From: Candidatus Hydrogenedentota bacterium
Lineage (GTDB): Bacteria; Hydrogenedentota; Hydrogenedentia; Hydrogenedentales; SLHB01
Direction of reading: 5' to 3'
Assembly (NCBI GenBank): GCA_963745075.1
Contig: CAVUWV010000010.1
Coordinates: 440,543-504,542 of the forward strand
Length of the DNA: 64,000 nt
The translations under genes were made by a program, and so were the position numbers. Under the pieces are notes generated by a model. That model made no database searches and was not told where the DNA came from. It saw only the letters and a program-made list of their open reading frames with translations. Below, piece after piece: positions 19,351 through 29,768 of the stretch (position 1 is the first letter of the stretch; each line of letters begins with the position of its first letter).

Positions 19351-19785
19351 ATGCGAGTCATGGTGATAGTCAAGGCGACGAAGAATTCTGAAGCCGGCGT
19401 GATGCCCAGCGAAGAGCTGCTTACCGAGATGGGCAAGTTCAACGAGGAACTGGTGAAAGCCGGCGTCATGCAGGCTGGCGAAGGCCTCCACCCAAGCAGC
19501 AAGGGTAAGCGCGTGCGGTTTTCCAGCGGAAAGAAGACCGTCATTGACGGCCCCTTCGCCGAGACGAAGGAACTCGTAGCCGGATTCTGGATTTGGCAGG
19601 TGAAATCCATGGACGAGGCCCTGGAATGGGTGCAACGCTGCCCGGACTGCATGCCCGGCGAGGAGTCGGAACTCGAGATCCGCCCGATCTTCGGGGCGGA
19701 GGATTTTGGCGAGGAATTCACGCCGGAACTCCGCGAACAAGAAGACCGCCTACGCGCCGAGATCGAGCGCCAGAGCGGGTCGTAG
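19351..19785 (+). CDS. YciI-family (DGPF domain) protein
   Basis: GEGLHPSSKG, IDGPFAETKELVAGFW, EIRP. Confidence 0.92.
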   Translation: MRVMVIVKATKNSEAGVMPSEELLTEMGKFNEELVKAGVMQAGEGLHPSSKGKRVRFSSGKKTVIDGPFAETKELVAGFWIWQVKSMDEALEWVQRCPDCMPGEESELEIRPIFGAEDFGEEFTPELREQEDRLRAEIERQSGS

Positions 19786-19806
19786 CAGACCAGACCCACT
19801 GGGCGG

Positions 19807-19937
19807 CACTGGGAGCGCCTGGCAGCAGCCTGGCGAAACGTTGGAGCGACTGGATCGAGGCTGCGCAATCAGAGTCGGTGCTTCGCAGTCAGCAAACCTT
19901 CCCAACCTCGCCAGGCTGCTGCCAGGCGCTCCCAGTG
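19807..19937. repeat. 131-bp MITE/REPIN-like element, family C, copy 1
   Basis: Arms cactgggagcgcctggcagcagcctggcga / tcgccaggctgctgccaggcgctcccagtg; core atcgaggctgcgcaatc shared with 59024-59154. Confidence 0.85.
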
Positions 19938-20039
19938 GGGCATCGGTGTATACTGGAACGGGAGCCGTCCCTCGGGGGACGGGCGGCTAAAACCGGACTG
20001 TGCCCGCTGCGGCGGCACGCAGGTTGGGGGGAACCAATC

Positions 20040-21500
20040 ATGACGACGTATTGGGATCGTCGGTCGTTTCTGAAATCCATGACGGCGTTGGCAGCGGCAG
20101 GAGTGCTGCCGGAAATGGGGCTGGGGCAGACACCATTAAACCTGCATCCGGGGCCGCGGAAGAAGCAGGCCGGTCTCGTGCGCGGGGCATTTTTCTATCC
20201 GCCGAAGCAAGTCGTGTTGGACGGCAAAGCCGAGGACAACTGGGCCAAGCACAACTGGTTCACGTGGCCGGGCAACCAGTTTTTGCCGGAAGAGCAGCAG
20301 GCCAAGTTCATGGCGCAGGTGAACCGCATCTGCGCGCCATTGGATCTCAACGTCGTCATCGACGAGCGTTCGATCTACACCGACGAAGCAATCCAGGCCT
20401 TCATCGCGGACATTCAGGCGACCAAACCCGAGGCCTTGCTCCTTTTCAACTTCTGGAACAGTTTCAGCAAGAAGATTGAACCCATCCTCGACGCCTACGA
20501 CGGTCCGATTATCCTGTACCACCCGCTCGGCGCGAACCATCAATTGCCGCCGGAACGGTTCCGCACGGAGCCGGGCATGCAATACATCCACTCCATGGAG
20601 AATTGGGATGCGCTGGAACGCGGCCTCCGCGCGGTGCACGCGAAGGTGCGCATGCGGCAAAGCCGGTTGCTGCGGGTGTCCGGCAAACTCGAAGCCGAGG
20701 CCGACGACCGCGAGGACTTCTTCGACATGCCGATCCACGGCGTGCCCGCGGGCTACTTCAACGATCGTTTCGACGCGATGAAAGAGGCCCCTGAGTTGGT
20801 GGCGTTGGCGACTGCGGTTTACGGTGGCGCGCAATCCGTGACCGACGTACAGGAACCCGCCTTCGTCGACGCGGCCCGCGCCCATGCGACGGTCTTGCAG
20901 ATGCTTGACGAATTCGATGCGGACGCGATCACCATCGAATGCCTGTTCCTGAAACATCGGAAACCGTGCATCAGCTTTTCCATGAACAATGGCGCACTCG
21001 TGCCCTGCGGATGTGAGAACGATTTGAACGCGTCGCTCACACTCATGCTCGGCGCGAATCTCTTTGGTCGCGGCGGATTCCAGCACAACCCCGAATACGA
21101 CACGGAAGAGAATCTGTACTTCGGATCGCACTGCACCTGCCTAACGAAACTGCACGGCCCGGACGGTGCGGATGCGCCATATGGCGTACGGCCCTTCTTC
21201 CATCAACTGCCGAAGACCGCGGCGTTGGACGTTATTTGGCCCGCGGGCGAACGGGTCACCTTGTGCAAGTACAACTCGACGGACAAACGCCTCGACGCAT
21301 GGACCGGCGAGTTGATCTCATCGCCGACCTGTCCGCCGACGGGTGGCTGTGCGACACGTGCATTGGTCAAACTCGATGATGTGGACGACGTGTGCACGAC
21401 GTACCCGGGTCCGCATCCCGTGTTGTATTGCGGTGATTTCGGCCGGCAGGTGAAGACCTTTGCGGATCTGTACCAAGTGGAGCTGCGGACCAACGCATGA
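20040..21500 (+). CDS. Tat-exported L-fucose/L-arabinose isomerase-like protein
   Basis: DRRSFLK signal; DAITIECL, PC.....N, CGCENDL, GSHCT, GGCAT, HPVLYCGD. Confidence 0.7.
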   Translation: MTTYWDRRSFLKSMTALAAAGVLPEMGLGQTPLNLHPGPRKKQAGLVRGAFFYPPKQVVLDGKAEDNWAKHNWFTWPGNQFLPEEQQAKFMAQVNRICAPLDLNVVIDERSIYTDEAIQAFIADIQATKPEALLLFNFWNSFSKKIEPILDAYDGPIILYHPLGANHQLPPERFRTEPGMQYIHSMENWDALERGLRAVHAKVRMRQSRLLRVSGKLEAEADDREDFFDMPIHGVPAGYFNDRFDAMKEAPELVALATAVYGGAQSVTDVQEPAFVDAARAHATVLQMLDEFDADAITIECLFLKHRKPCISFSMNNGALVPCGCENDLNASLTLMLGANLFGRGGFQHNPEYDTEENLYFGSHCTCLTKLHGPDGADAPYGVRPFFHQLPKTAALDVIWPAGERVTLCKYNSTDKRLDAWTGELISSPTCPPTGGCATRALVKLDDVDDVCTTYPGPHPVLYCGDFGRQVKTFADLYQVELRTNA

Positions 21501-21559
21501 GGGTCAAGATTCACGGACGGACACGGACGGGGCGATGCAGGCTGTGTGCGTGCCGGGCC

Positions 21560-22749
21560 TCAGAATTCTGGTAGCTCCGGATTGTCCGCCGGGAACGACG
21601 GCAATCCCTTCGACCTCGATGAGCCAACCCGGCCTGCAGACACGCGCTTCGATCACTTCCACGGGCGCATCCCCAAAGCGCTTGCGCATCTCCGACCACG
21701 CGAGTCCGTAGTCGCTGGGATCGCGGATATAGACGATGAAGGCGCACACGTCGTTCAGTGTGGCACCGGCTTGCGCGAGAAGTGCTCCCACGTTTTCGAG
21801 TGCGCGGTCGAGCTGTTTCGATACGTCACCGGGATGAAGGATCTCGCCATTGCGATCGATGCTCGCGGTGCCTGAAATGTAGATATGTTTCCGATCCCGA
21901 TAGGCGACCGACGTGCCGCGTTCAAAGGTCACACCGTACACGTGGGTTGGACTGAGATGGTCGAGGTCGGCGAGGTACGTGATCTGCCGGGACTCCACAC
22001 CCGCGATGGCATACGCGTCCAGGAGGATTTTCGCAGACGGGTTTGCGCCGGTCCCTTCGACGCCGGTGCTGGCAATGAAATGGGTATCCGGCGTAAGCCC
22101 GCGTTCGGCGAACAATTCGCGGCGCGCGGCGACCAACCCCGAGTAATTCACGTCCACGTCTTGCACAAACAACCACGTTCGGATCACGTCGTTCGCCAGC
22201 GACAAATTGTGATCTCGGAGCGACGCCTCGTACTGCTCGAACACGCTGCGTGTTTGTTCGTACGCGGACCCGTCACCGGGACAGACCATGCCGGTGGTCC
22301 AAACATGCCGGAGACCGGCGCGGTCGAGTATGAGTGATGTCTTGTTGAACTTCTTATCGAGATCCGCCTCAGAATCGAATACGTGATACGCCCACAGCGC
22401 AACCTTGACCGGAGGCATCGGCGGCTGACAGACCCAGGACACGGCACACGGATCGTCTTGGTATCTCGGATTGGAGAATGGCCGGCTTTCGAGGTCGGCA
22501 ACTTGATTGGGCATGTCGCTGCAATAAAACCGCCGGAACACGGCCGTAGCCAGACCAATGCCGAGTGTGGCTAAAGCCTGCCGGTAGGCCTGATCCACCC
22601 ACTCCAGTTGCGTGTCGGCTCCCGGCGTAGTCCGTCGGGCGTACGCACAGATGATACTCGCGCACGCCGCTATGTCCGGCAAAACACGAGAAGTTGACCG
22701 TAGCAGGCATATCCCCGCAATCCAAGACTCGATACTGCATAGACGGCAT
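21560..22749 (-). CDS. Double-domain Rid/YjgF (chorismatase FkbO/Hyg5-like) protein; frameshifted twice as assembled
   Basis: RTWLFVQD, ASTGV, TFERG, YISGTASI, VCRPGWLIEVE. The N-terminus is in another frame (shift at ~22622). Removing one base at ~21592 gives the C-terminus VPADNPELPEF*. Confidence 0.75.
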
Positions 22750-22795
22750 TCGTTCCTTCCGATCCTGTAGCGCCTGGAGGTACGGTGTCATCAGC

Positions 22796-25130
22796 TCAGC
22801 CTCCCGGCGCGACGACTTCGATGGGGATCGCGGGGAGGTACCCGAGCGGCACCCGGCGGGTTTGATCGGTCGGCGTGCCGTCCTTCGATCGTACGGGAAA
22901 ATCGGCGAAGGCCTCGACGATGAGATTGTCGGTAAATCCCGGCGGCATCACATCGCCCTGCGCCTTCAGTGAAAACGCGAGCCCCTCGGACGCCGCCGTG
23001 GGGTTCTCGATCGACACCCCGTCCGGTGGATCGCTCAAGGTGAACTGCACCTTGGACAGGGCCGGACCTTTCGGCGCGCGAAGCTGCACGAACGCCGGAA
23101 CCCCCGTTTGGAATCTGCACGGGAACAGCGCTCGCCAATCCGACGGACGGTTGCCGGCCGCCACCCTGCACCAGCACCAACAATTCCTCGGCAGGAACCA
23201 GGTGCTGGTAGATGAACGCCTGCATCATGTCTTCGGACGGGACGACGCTCCGGGTCACCGTTCGATCGGTCACCCACGCCCGCCCCACCAAGTGCAGTGT
23301 CACGGGTTCGGGCGACGCGTCGCGCGGCGCGGTGATCGTCATGCGGATCCGATCCTTCCCGGCCGGGATGCGTTCGCCTTGCAGGGTAAAGCCGTCGGGT
23401 GGATCCTGCAACGCGACTTTGATATCGCCGTCGAATCCGTCTTTGCGAAATGCGTAGACCGTGATCGGAACCGCACGGCCCGCACGCGCGTTCAGACTCG
23501 ACGGCGTCATACGCAGGGCGAAGTCCGGCTGCGGCGCCGAGACACGCAGTCGATAGGCGTAGGCTTCGCCCCCGTGATTCTGGGAATCCGTGACAGTAAG
23601 AACGTATTCGCCGTCGGTCGGCAATTGCGTGCGCAAATACGAATCCGCGTGGTGGGTGTTTAATCCGGACTCGACCGCCGTGTTGTCGTCGTTCCAATCC
23701 ACGAGTTTCTCGGAAGCGTCGGTGAGCCGCACCAACGAATCCAGCGGCGACCCCAACCGGCGGCCCGTGATTTCGGCGACAACGGTATCGCTGGCATGCC
23801 CCTCGAACCGGTATAGATCGGCGTCGCCTGCCGCTCCGATCGTCCCATTCACCACCTGGGGCAGGTCAATCCGCATCCCGGTCGGCGCGAGATTGTTGGG
23901 TTCCGCCTCGGCGCGCTCCGGAAGCATATCCACCGCGTAAGGAACGGCGTTCGAGACGCCCGCGTCTTGCGTGAGCGACAGGAAGTGTACGGAATCGCCC
24001 CGGGGTATGGTATCGAGCTGGACGCGGTCGCGCGCGAGGTTCCAACCCGTCACCGACGCGAATGCGGCACTGTCCGCAGGAGCGCCCAGGGGGAACACGG
24101 AGGTAATGAACGGTCGCTGGGACACGGTCACCCGATACACGAAATCTTCCCGGCCGCGATACACGGCGTCGTGAACGTCGAGTTCGTAGACGCCGTCTTC
24201 GGGGACCGTGTAGCACAAGACCGGATCGGGATCGAAACGGTAGTCGTCATCGAAGGCGACCTCGCGGCCTTGCGCGTCGTACAAGGTCACGACGGACTGG
24301 AACCAACCAGGCACGGCATCCGCCAGGAAAGGAATGAGATGACGGGCATCGACCTCCACCACCAACGATTGCCCTTGTTGCGCGCGGAAGGAGAACCGAT
24401 CGCGGTCGCCGGGCATAATCTGGCCGTTCATCACGAAGGGCACAGTTAGCGGCGGTGGTTCGGGAAGCTTCGAGTTCGTCCCGGGATCGTTGGGTTCCAG
24501 TTCGCTCACCTCGCGGAACTGCCCCACCTCAAAAACCATCGGATTCGTCAACCCGCCCGCCGTTTTGAGCCGCAATTCGCGTGGGCCCGGCGGCGTACCG
24601 GGGTCGATGGTAACTTCGAGGAGTGCCGTCTCGCCGATCTGGGCATTAAGTTGCCGCTTATCGCGCGGGAAGAAGATCATCCAGGAGATATTCGCTAATT
24701 CGCGCAGGGACTTGTTTTCCAGGTCGTACAGCAAGGGAAGTTGCACCGGCTGAAACGGTGGTTTCGAGTCGGCTTCAGGCTGGGTCGCCACTTCGACGGC
24801 GGGCGCCGGGGTTTCCCCCCGCTCTTCGGCAAGTCGGGCGTCCCGAACCGTCTTGAGACGCTGTACCAACTCGTTGCGCTGTTCGCTCTTGATATTGCGG
24901 ATGGGTTTGTAATACCCGAGCACCTCGGCGTGGACGCCCTCGCCGGACACGTAGACTTCCTTTACGCCGCGCAGGAACTGTCCGCCGACCGTGATGCGTG
25001 TGACCGTGCCGGCTTGTCCGCCCGCGGGATAGAGATAGCCGATGTGCGGTTCGCTCGGGGCGGTCTGGCCCCACGTGGAGGCAACACACAGAATCACTGC
25101 GGTGATTAAACCTGCAATCCTGCGCCTCAT
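22796..25130 (-). CDS. Secreted PPC-domain (pre-peptidase-like) protein of DUF1501/DUF1549 clusters; frameshift near the C-terminus
   Basis: Signal peptide; GYLYPAGGQAG, two ExEPN repeats, DRDRFSF/DADLYRF, YRLRV...PDF. The reading continues in the 22796-23164 frame after ~23097. Confidence 0.8.
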
Positions 25131-25196
25131 GAGTGACTGAAGCCGAACCGCTAAGGGAGAGCAGCTCCTATACAACGTCCGAACGGCCCTAAATAC

Positions 25197-25355
25197 ACAT
25201 CCCCCTTGATCCCCCTTCAAAGGGGGAATCGCCCAATCACGTTTTGTGGACTGCGGATCGGCTCCTGCTTCGACGCGAAGATGCCTGATTATCTCCAAGT
25301 GCAACGCGAAGCGTTGCGAGAAGTTCCCCCTTTGAAGGGGGATCAAGGGGGATGT
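25197..25355. repeat. ~159-bp REPIN-like element, family D, copy 1
   Basis: Arms acatcccccttgatcccccttcaaagggggaa / ttccccctttgaagggggatcaagggggatgt; internal palindrome gcaacgcgaagcgttgc. Confidence 0.9.
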
Positions 25356-25440
25356 TCGCATACCGCGTAAACACTCGTTTGGCCCGGTAGGTCCCGACGT
25401 TTGCGTTCTTCCAAACAGCGACATGATACGTCCCCCGCCC

Positions 25441-26793
25441 CTACGTGAGTTCCCGAACGCGCCCGGTGCCGTCACTGCCGGACGGCATGACCGGCACGTC
25501 AAGACCGCTCGAATTGGGCAACGCGCCATCCGGATCGATTCCGAGCAGTTCGACCATCGACGCGAGTAGATCTTCGGGATAGACCGCACGTTCCGCGACG
25601 GTTTCTCCCGTGGCATTGGACGCGCCGACCACGCAGCCGCCTTTGAATCCGCCACCCGCCACAACCGCGGAGAAACATTTCCCGTAATGGCTTCTCCCCC
25701 CGTTCCACGGCGGCTGCCATTGGATGCGCGGGGTCCGGCCGAATTCGCCGGTCCACCACACAATGGTGCTGTCGAGCAGGCCGCGGTCCGTCAGGTCTTG
25801 GAGCAGGGTCGCCATGCCCGAATCCAATTCCGGCAATTTGCGGCGCATGATCTCGAAGTGTTGCTTATGCGTGTCCCAACCCTTGTAATTGATGGTCACG
25901 TACGGGACCCCACTTTCGACGAGACGCCGCGCCATCAGGCAGGACTGGCCAAAGCTGTTGCGGCCGTATCGGTCCCGGAGTTCGTCCGGTTCCTGGGTGA
26001 GGTCGAATAGCGAGCGCGCCTCGCCGAACATGAGGTCATACGCGCTTTGCTCGGTCCGATCGAGATCCGCGAAGTGCGGATTCGCCGGCATGGCATGGCC
26101 GAGGGAATCCAGGGTATGCAGCAACTCGCGCCGACCATTCTGGCGCTCGTCTGAAATCCCCCTTGCGATAATCCCTTCCACGATGAATGGTTTTTGATTG
26201 GGGTCGCCGCCCGTCACGAACGGTCTATACTGTTGTCCCAGGAAACCGGCTTCCGAGAAACGGCCCTGGCCTTCCGTCAAGACGACGTACGGTGGAGTCA
26301 GCCCGTCGTAGCCGCGGTCGTACCCTTTGAACAGCGAGACCACTGCGCCCATGCTGGGGTAGACCAGCCGGCCGGGTTGGTGCCCGGTTTGGACGCGGTA
26401 CGACGCCGTTTCATGGGCGTTGACGCCGTGGGTCATGCTGCGGATGATGGCGTACTTATCCGCGTGCTGCGCCAGCAACGGCAGGTGTTCGTTAACGACG
26501 ATGCCGTCCACGTTCGTGGGGATTACTTTGTCGAAGGGACCGCAATAATCGTAGCCCGCGTCCGGTTTCGGATCGAACGTGTCCAGATGAGACGGGCCAC
26601 CCCACATCCAAATCTGGATTACCGCCTTGGCTTTCGCCGGGATCGTTGCGGGCTGCGTGGCAGCATTCGCCGCGGTGCTCTGCGCAAACGCCCGCGCGCC
26701 GGAACCGGTCAGGGCCAATCCCGCCGCCCCCGCAAGCCCCTGCCGAAGCAACGCCCGCCGCGTCATCGTGTACCGCATGTTCTGTCCGCTCAT
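25441..26793 (-). CDS. DUF1501 protein with Tat signal
   Basis: TRRALL signal; GGPSHLDTFDPKP, FGQSCLMARRLVE.GV, GWDTH, GEFGRTP. Confidence 0.92.
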   Translation of the reverse strand: MSGQNMRYTMTRRALLRQGLAGAAGLALTGSGARAFAQSTAANAATQPATIPAKAKAVIQIWMWGGPSHLDTFDPKPDAGYDYCGPFDKVIPTNVDGIVVNEHLPLLAQHADKYAIIRSMTHGVNAHETASYRVQTGHQPGRLVYPSMGAVVSLFKGYDRGYDGLTPPYVVLTEGQGRFSEAGFLGQQYRPFVTGGDPNQKPFIVEGIIARGISDERQNGRRELLHTLDSLGHAMPANPHFADLDRTEQSAYDLMFGEARSLFDLTQEPDELRDRYGRNSFGQSCLMARRLVESGVPYVTINYKGWDTHKQHFEIMRRKLPELDSGMATLLQDLTDRGLLDSTIVWWTGEFGRTPRIQWQPPWNGGRSHYGKCFSAVVAGGGFKGGCVVGASNATGETVAERAVYPEDLLASMVELLGIDPDGALPNSSGLDVPVMPSGSDGTGRVRELT

Positions 26794-26861
26794 TGTGTAT
26801 TCTCTGTGGTTGTCTTCTCTGTCGTGCCGCAACAATTGTCCGGACTCTGGTAGGCCCCGTA

Positions 26862-27019
26862 ACATCCCCCTTGATCCCCCTTCAAAGGGGGAATTACGCT
26901 GAACTTCGTTCACCAGTACCTACACGGTCAAACTTCAGATTCCAGATTTCTGTTGGCCCGAAACGCAACGCGAAGCGTTGCGGCCCATTCCCCCTTTGAA
27001 GGGGGATCAAGGGGGATGT
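26862..27019. repeat. ~158-bp REPIN-like element, family D, copy 2
   Basis: Same arms and same internal gcaacgcgaagcgttgcg as copy 1. Confidence 0.9.
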
Positions 27020-27040
27020 TCTTCGGCCGACCCAATTCAC

Positions 27041-28595
27041 CTAATGTCGATACAAGAATTCCTTCGTGTTAATCAGTGCCCAAACCAAGTCTGTCGCGGC
27101 CTCCTGCAAACCCAGCGCATCGGTTTGGAAGTACGCTTCCACCGCGGCAACCTCCTCCGCTGTTGGTTGCCGCGAAAGCATTGCCAGGTAGACGGTCCGA
27201 ACGAGCTGATCGGGGTTCTTCTTGAACTTCTTGACCAGATCGCGGAGCCGCCAGCCGCGTTCAATCTTGCTCTGGATATGACTCGAATTCAGCATGTGCA
27301 GGCGCTGCGCGTCCGTGGGCTGCACCGTGCGCTCGGATTCGAGACCCGTGTCGCGTGCCGGACGTCCGAACAGTTCGAGAAAGGGGCTGGTAATACTGCC
27401 GTCCGCGAGCGCGATGGAATGTTCGCTTTCGGGGATGAAGCTGAACGGTTCCGGGACTGCGCTGGAGTAACGTTCGCGGGTGCCGGTGATCCAGTTCAAC
27501 GCATCGGCGAGAACTTCTGCGTCCAGTTGGCGCACGAGATAGTGGGCGAACAGGGCCTCCGCATCGGGATCGCTGCTTTGCGGGATGCAGGACTGTTGAT
27601 ACACCTCGGAATTCAGAATCAGACGATAGATGTGGCGGAGGTCGTACTGGCTTTGCACCAATTCAGATTCGAGATACGAGAGCAACTCGGGATACACCGG
27701 CGGATTATCCGGCCGGATGTCGTCGGGTTCGTCAATGATCCCCCGGCCCAGCAGCCACGCCCAGACGCGATTCACGATGTTGCGCGCGAAACACGCGTTG
27801 TCCGGCGCGATCAACCAATCGGCAAACACCTGCCGCGGATCCTGGTCCGGCCGGATCTGTACCGCCGTTCCGTCGGGAAATGTTGCGGTGAGAACCGTAT
27901 CCGTGGCGGGATCGAGATAGACGATCTCCTCTTTCCATTCCGAAGTGCTCTTGTACGCGACGCGCGAGAAGAATTGGGCCAGGTTATCCTGCCAATCCTC
28001 CGACGAGCCTTCGAAACGGGTCCCCATGAAGGTCAGTGATACCGCCGCGGCGATGGTGGCCGGCTCCGTTCCCTGGATTGCCCGGTAGAAGTTGACCGGC
28101 GGGACGCGGAAATTGCTGCCGCTCGAACGTCAGGAGTTCGCGCGCAAACTGGTCGTAGGGCATGTTCTGCCGGATAGCGTCCCGGATCCAGTGGTGGTAG
28201 GCCTGGACGGCGTTTGGCCATAAGTTGATGGGAAACTCCGACTTAACGCGGAGCAAGTCGCACCATTTCAAGGCCCAGTAGTCGGCGAACTCCTCCCGTT
28301 CCAGGAGGTCGTCAATCAGCGCGGCGCGCTTGTTCGGGCGGCGGTCCTTCAGGAAGCCCTGGACTTCGCGGGGCGCGGGCAGCGTGCCGATGACGTCGAG
28401 ATACACCCGCCGTATAAAGACTTGGTCCGAACAGAGATGGGCCGGTTCGATACCCTTTGCGCGCAGCCCGTCCAGGACGATGCGGTCAATGGGCGTTGCC
28501 GGAGTAATGGCGTGGTCGGTTTCGTACACGGACGCGGGGCTCTGTGCCGCAAGGCTCGCCATGAAAACCGCCGCCAGAAGCACGGTTCCCCCCAT
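27041..28595 (-). CDS. DUF1549/DUF1553 (PSCyt2/PSD1) protein; frameshifted as assembled
   Basis: FIRRVYLDVIGTLP, NMPYDQFARELLT; shift at ~28126; then NRVWAWLLGRG, YDLRHIYRLILNS, DLVWALINTKEF. Confidence 0.88.
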
Positions 28596-28980
28596 TTTTA
28601 CAGTCTCCCCCGAGACCAGCCCTCGGCGTCCCCCGACGCATGTGATGCCGTTGGCCGGTTCGTCCTGTGCCCTTTGCGAGATAATGGTAATTCTACGGCC
28701 TATTAAACACCAGTTCGACCCCCGCGTTCCCCCTGTGTATTCGTTCATCGTGGCGTTGCCGGCGCCCTATGCCGGTACCCTTACACTACGCCAGTCGGAT
28801 TCGGAAACTCTTTGGAGTGCGGTCGCTTGCGGCTGCTTTTTTTCAACCGTGTGAGATTCGTCCGCCGCCGACAAAGCCCGCGGCAACGCGATGTTGTCAA
28901 GTCCGATTCCGAGAAGTCGCGGGAAGATCGGCATAAGGACACCCGCGGAGTGGCCGTACCCCGCGGGCTCATTGTGAAGG

Positions 28981-29226
28981 TCATTCTCTGAAAGAAGTCA
29001 TTGCGCGGTGCGCCGTCAAACTGTTTGCTGCGCATGCAGCACCGTTTGAAAGCGGTGTCCCGAGCCGCAGGGGCAGAGGTCGTTGCGCCCCAGCTTCTCG
29101 GTGAGTTCTTTGCCATCGCCGACAATGCGGCGGCCCCGTTTTACGCAGGTCTCCGAAGGGAATCCCTTGCGTCGCTTACGGGTAATTTCATGCGTGAAAG
29201 GAGTGTTCCTCGTAGTTCCCTGCCAT
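28981..29226 (-). CDS. Small SEC-C motif protein; frameshifted as assembled
   Basis: [15 protein letters not shown] continues as FKRCC in another frame; GGAGG precedes ATG 29226. Removing one base at ~29219, ~29050 and ~28992 gives a contiguous ~80-aa ORF ending NDFFRE*. Confidence 0.7.
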
Positions 29227-29317
29227 GATGCACCTCCCATCTTCCGGTTCTGGAAATCCAACTGTGTTCCCCGCTCACAGCGCGTTATGCGCATCGGGCC
29301 GCACGCAGCGGCGTACG

Positions 29318-29764
29318 TCATTCGCGGTTGACGAGGAGAGACAGCGTGAGAGATGCCAGGGCGAGGAAATACAACCCGGCGCCGGCGGCGTGAGAGTATT
29401 CCCATTGCCGCCGCAAGGCTTCCCAATTCTCAGGCATGGTGGTCCAGTTGGAGGTGGCCTGGTTTGCCGGAAAGGTGTATGCGAAGAATACGATCAGATC
29501 GACCGCGATGCATAGTCCCGCGAACAGAGCCAAGATGCAACCGGCAGGGCGTTTCCGTTCCAGAAAGGCGAGCAGCAACAACAGGATCAATGCCCCGACC
29601 ACGGCAAATCCGAGATAATGCCATCCGCGGTAGTTCTGCTGAACGATTCGGTAATCATTCTGGGACAGTCCGATCTTGTTCGGCAATTCGTAGAGGTGTG
29701 CAAAGCCGGCGGACATGGCGACGGCGGTGACCATGACCGCGGCGAAGCGAACAGCATTCAGCAA
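29318..29764 (-). CDS. DUF1772-like membrane protein
   Basis: Four TM helices; [32 protein letters not shown] start lies just after the upstream stop. Confidence 0.7.
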   Translation of the reverse strand: MLNAVRFAAVMVTAVAMSAGFAHLYELPNKIGLSQNDYRIVQQNYRGWHYLGFAVVGALILLLLLAFLERKRPAGCILALFAGLCIAVDLIVFFAYTFPANQATSNWTTMPENWEALRRQWEYSHAAGAGLYFLALASLTLSLLVNRE

Positions 29765-29768
29765 GCCC

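Noticed and set aside
19593..20039. Long N-terminal extensions in the ORF track (also 25131-25763, 42671-43222, 58953-59225, 63883-63948)
   Set aside because: They run through repeats, promoters or neighbouring genes; downstream starts fit signal peptides, RBSs or domain boundaries better.
25197..27019. Repeats as a possible CRISPR array
   Set aside because: They are inverted doublets, not regularly spaced direct repeats with unique spacers, and no cas genes are in the window.
28981..29226. Programmed frameshifting in the SEC-C gene
   Set aside because: No canonical slippery heptamers; the breaks are part of a regional cluster of +1 insertions better explained by consensus error.
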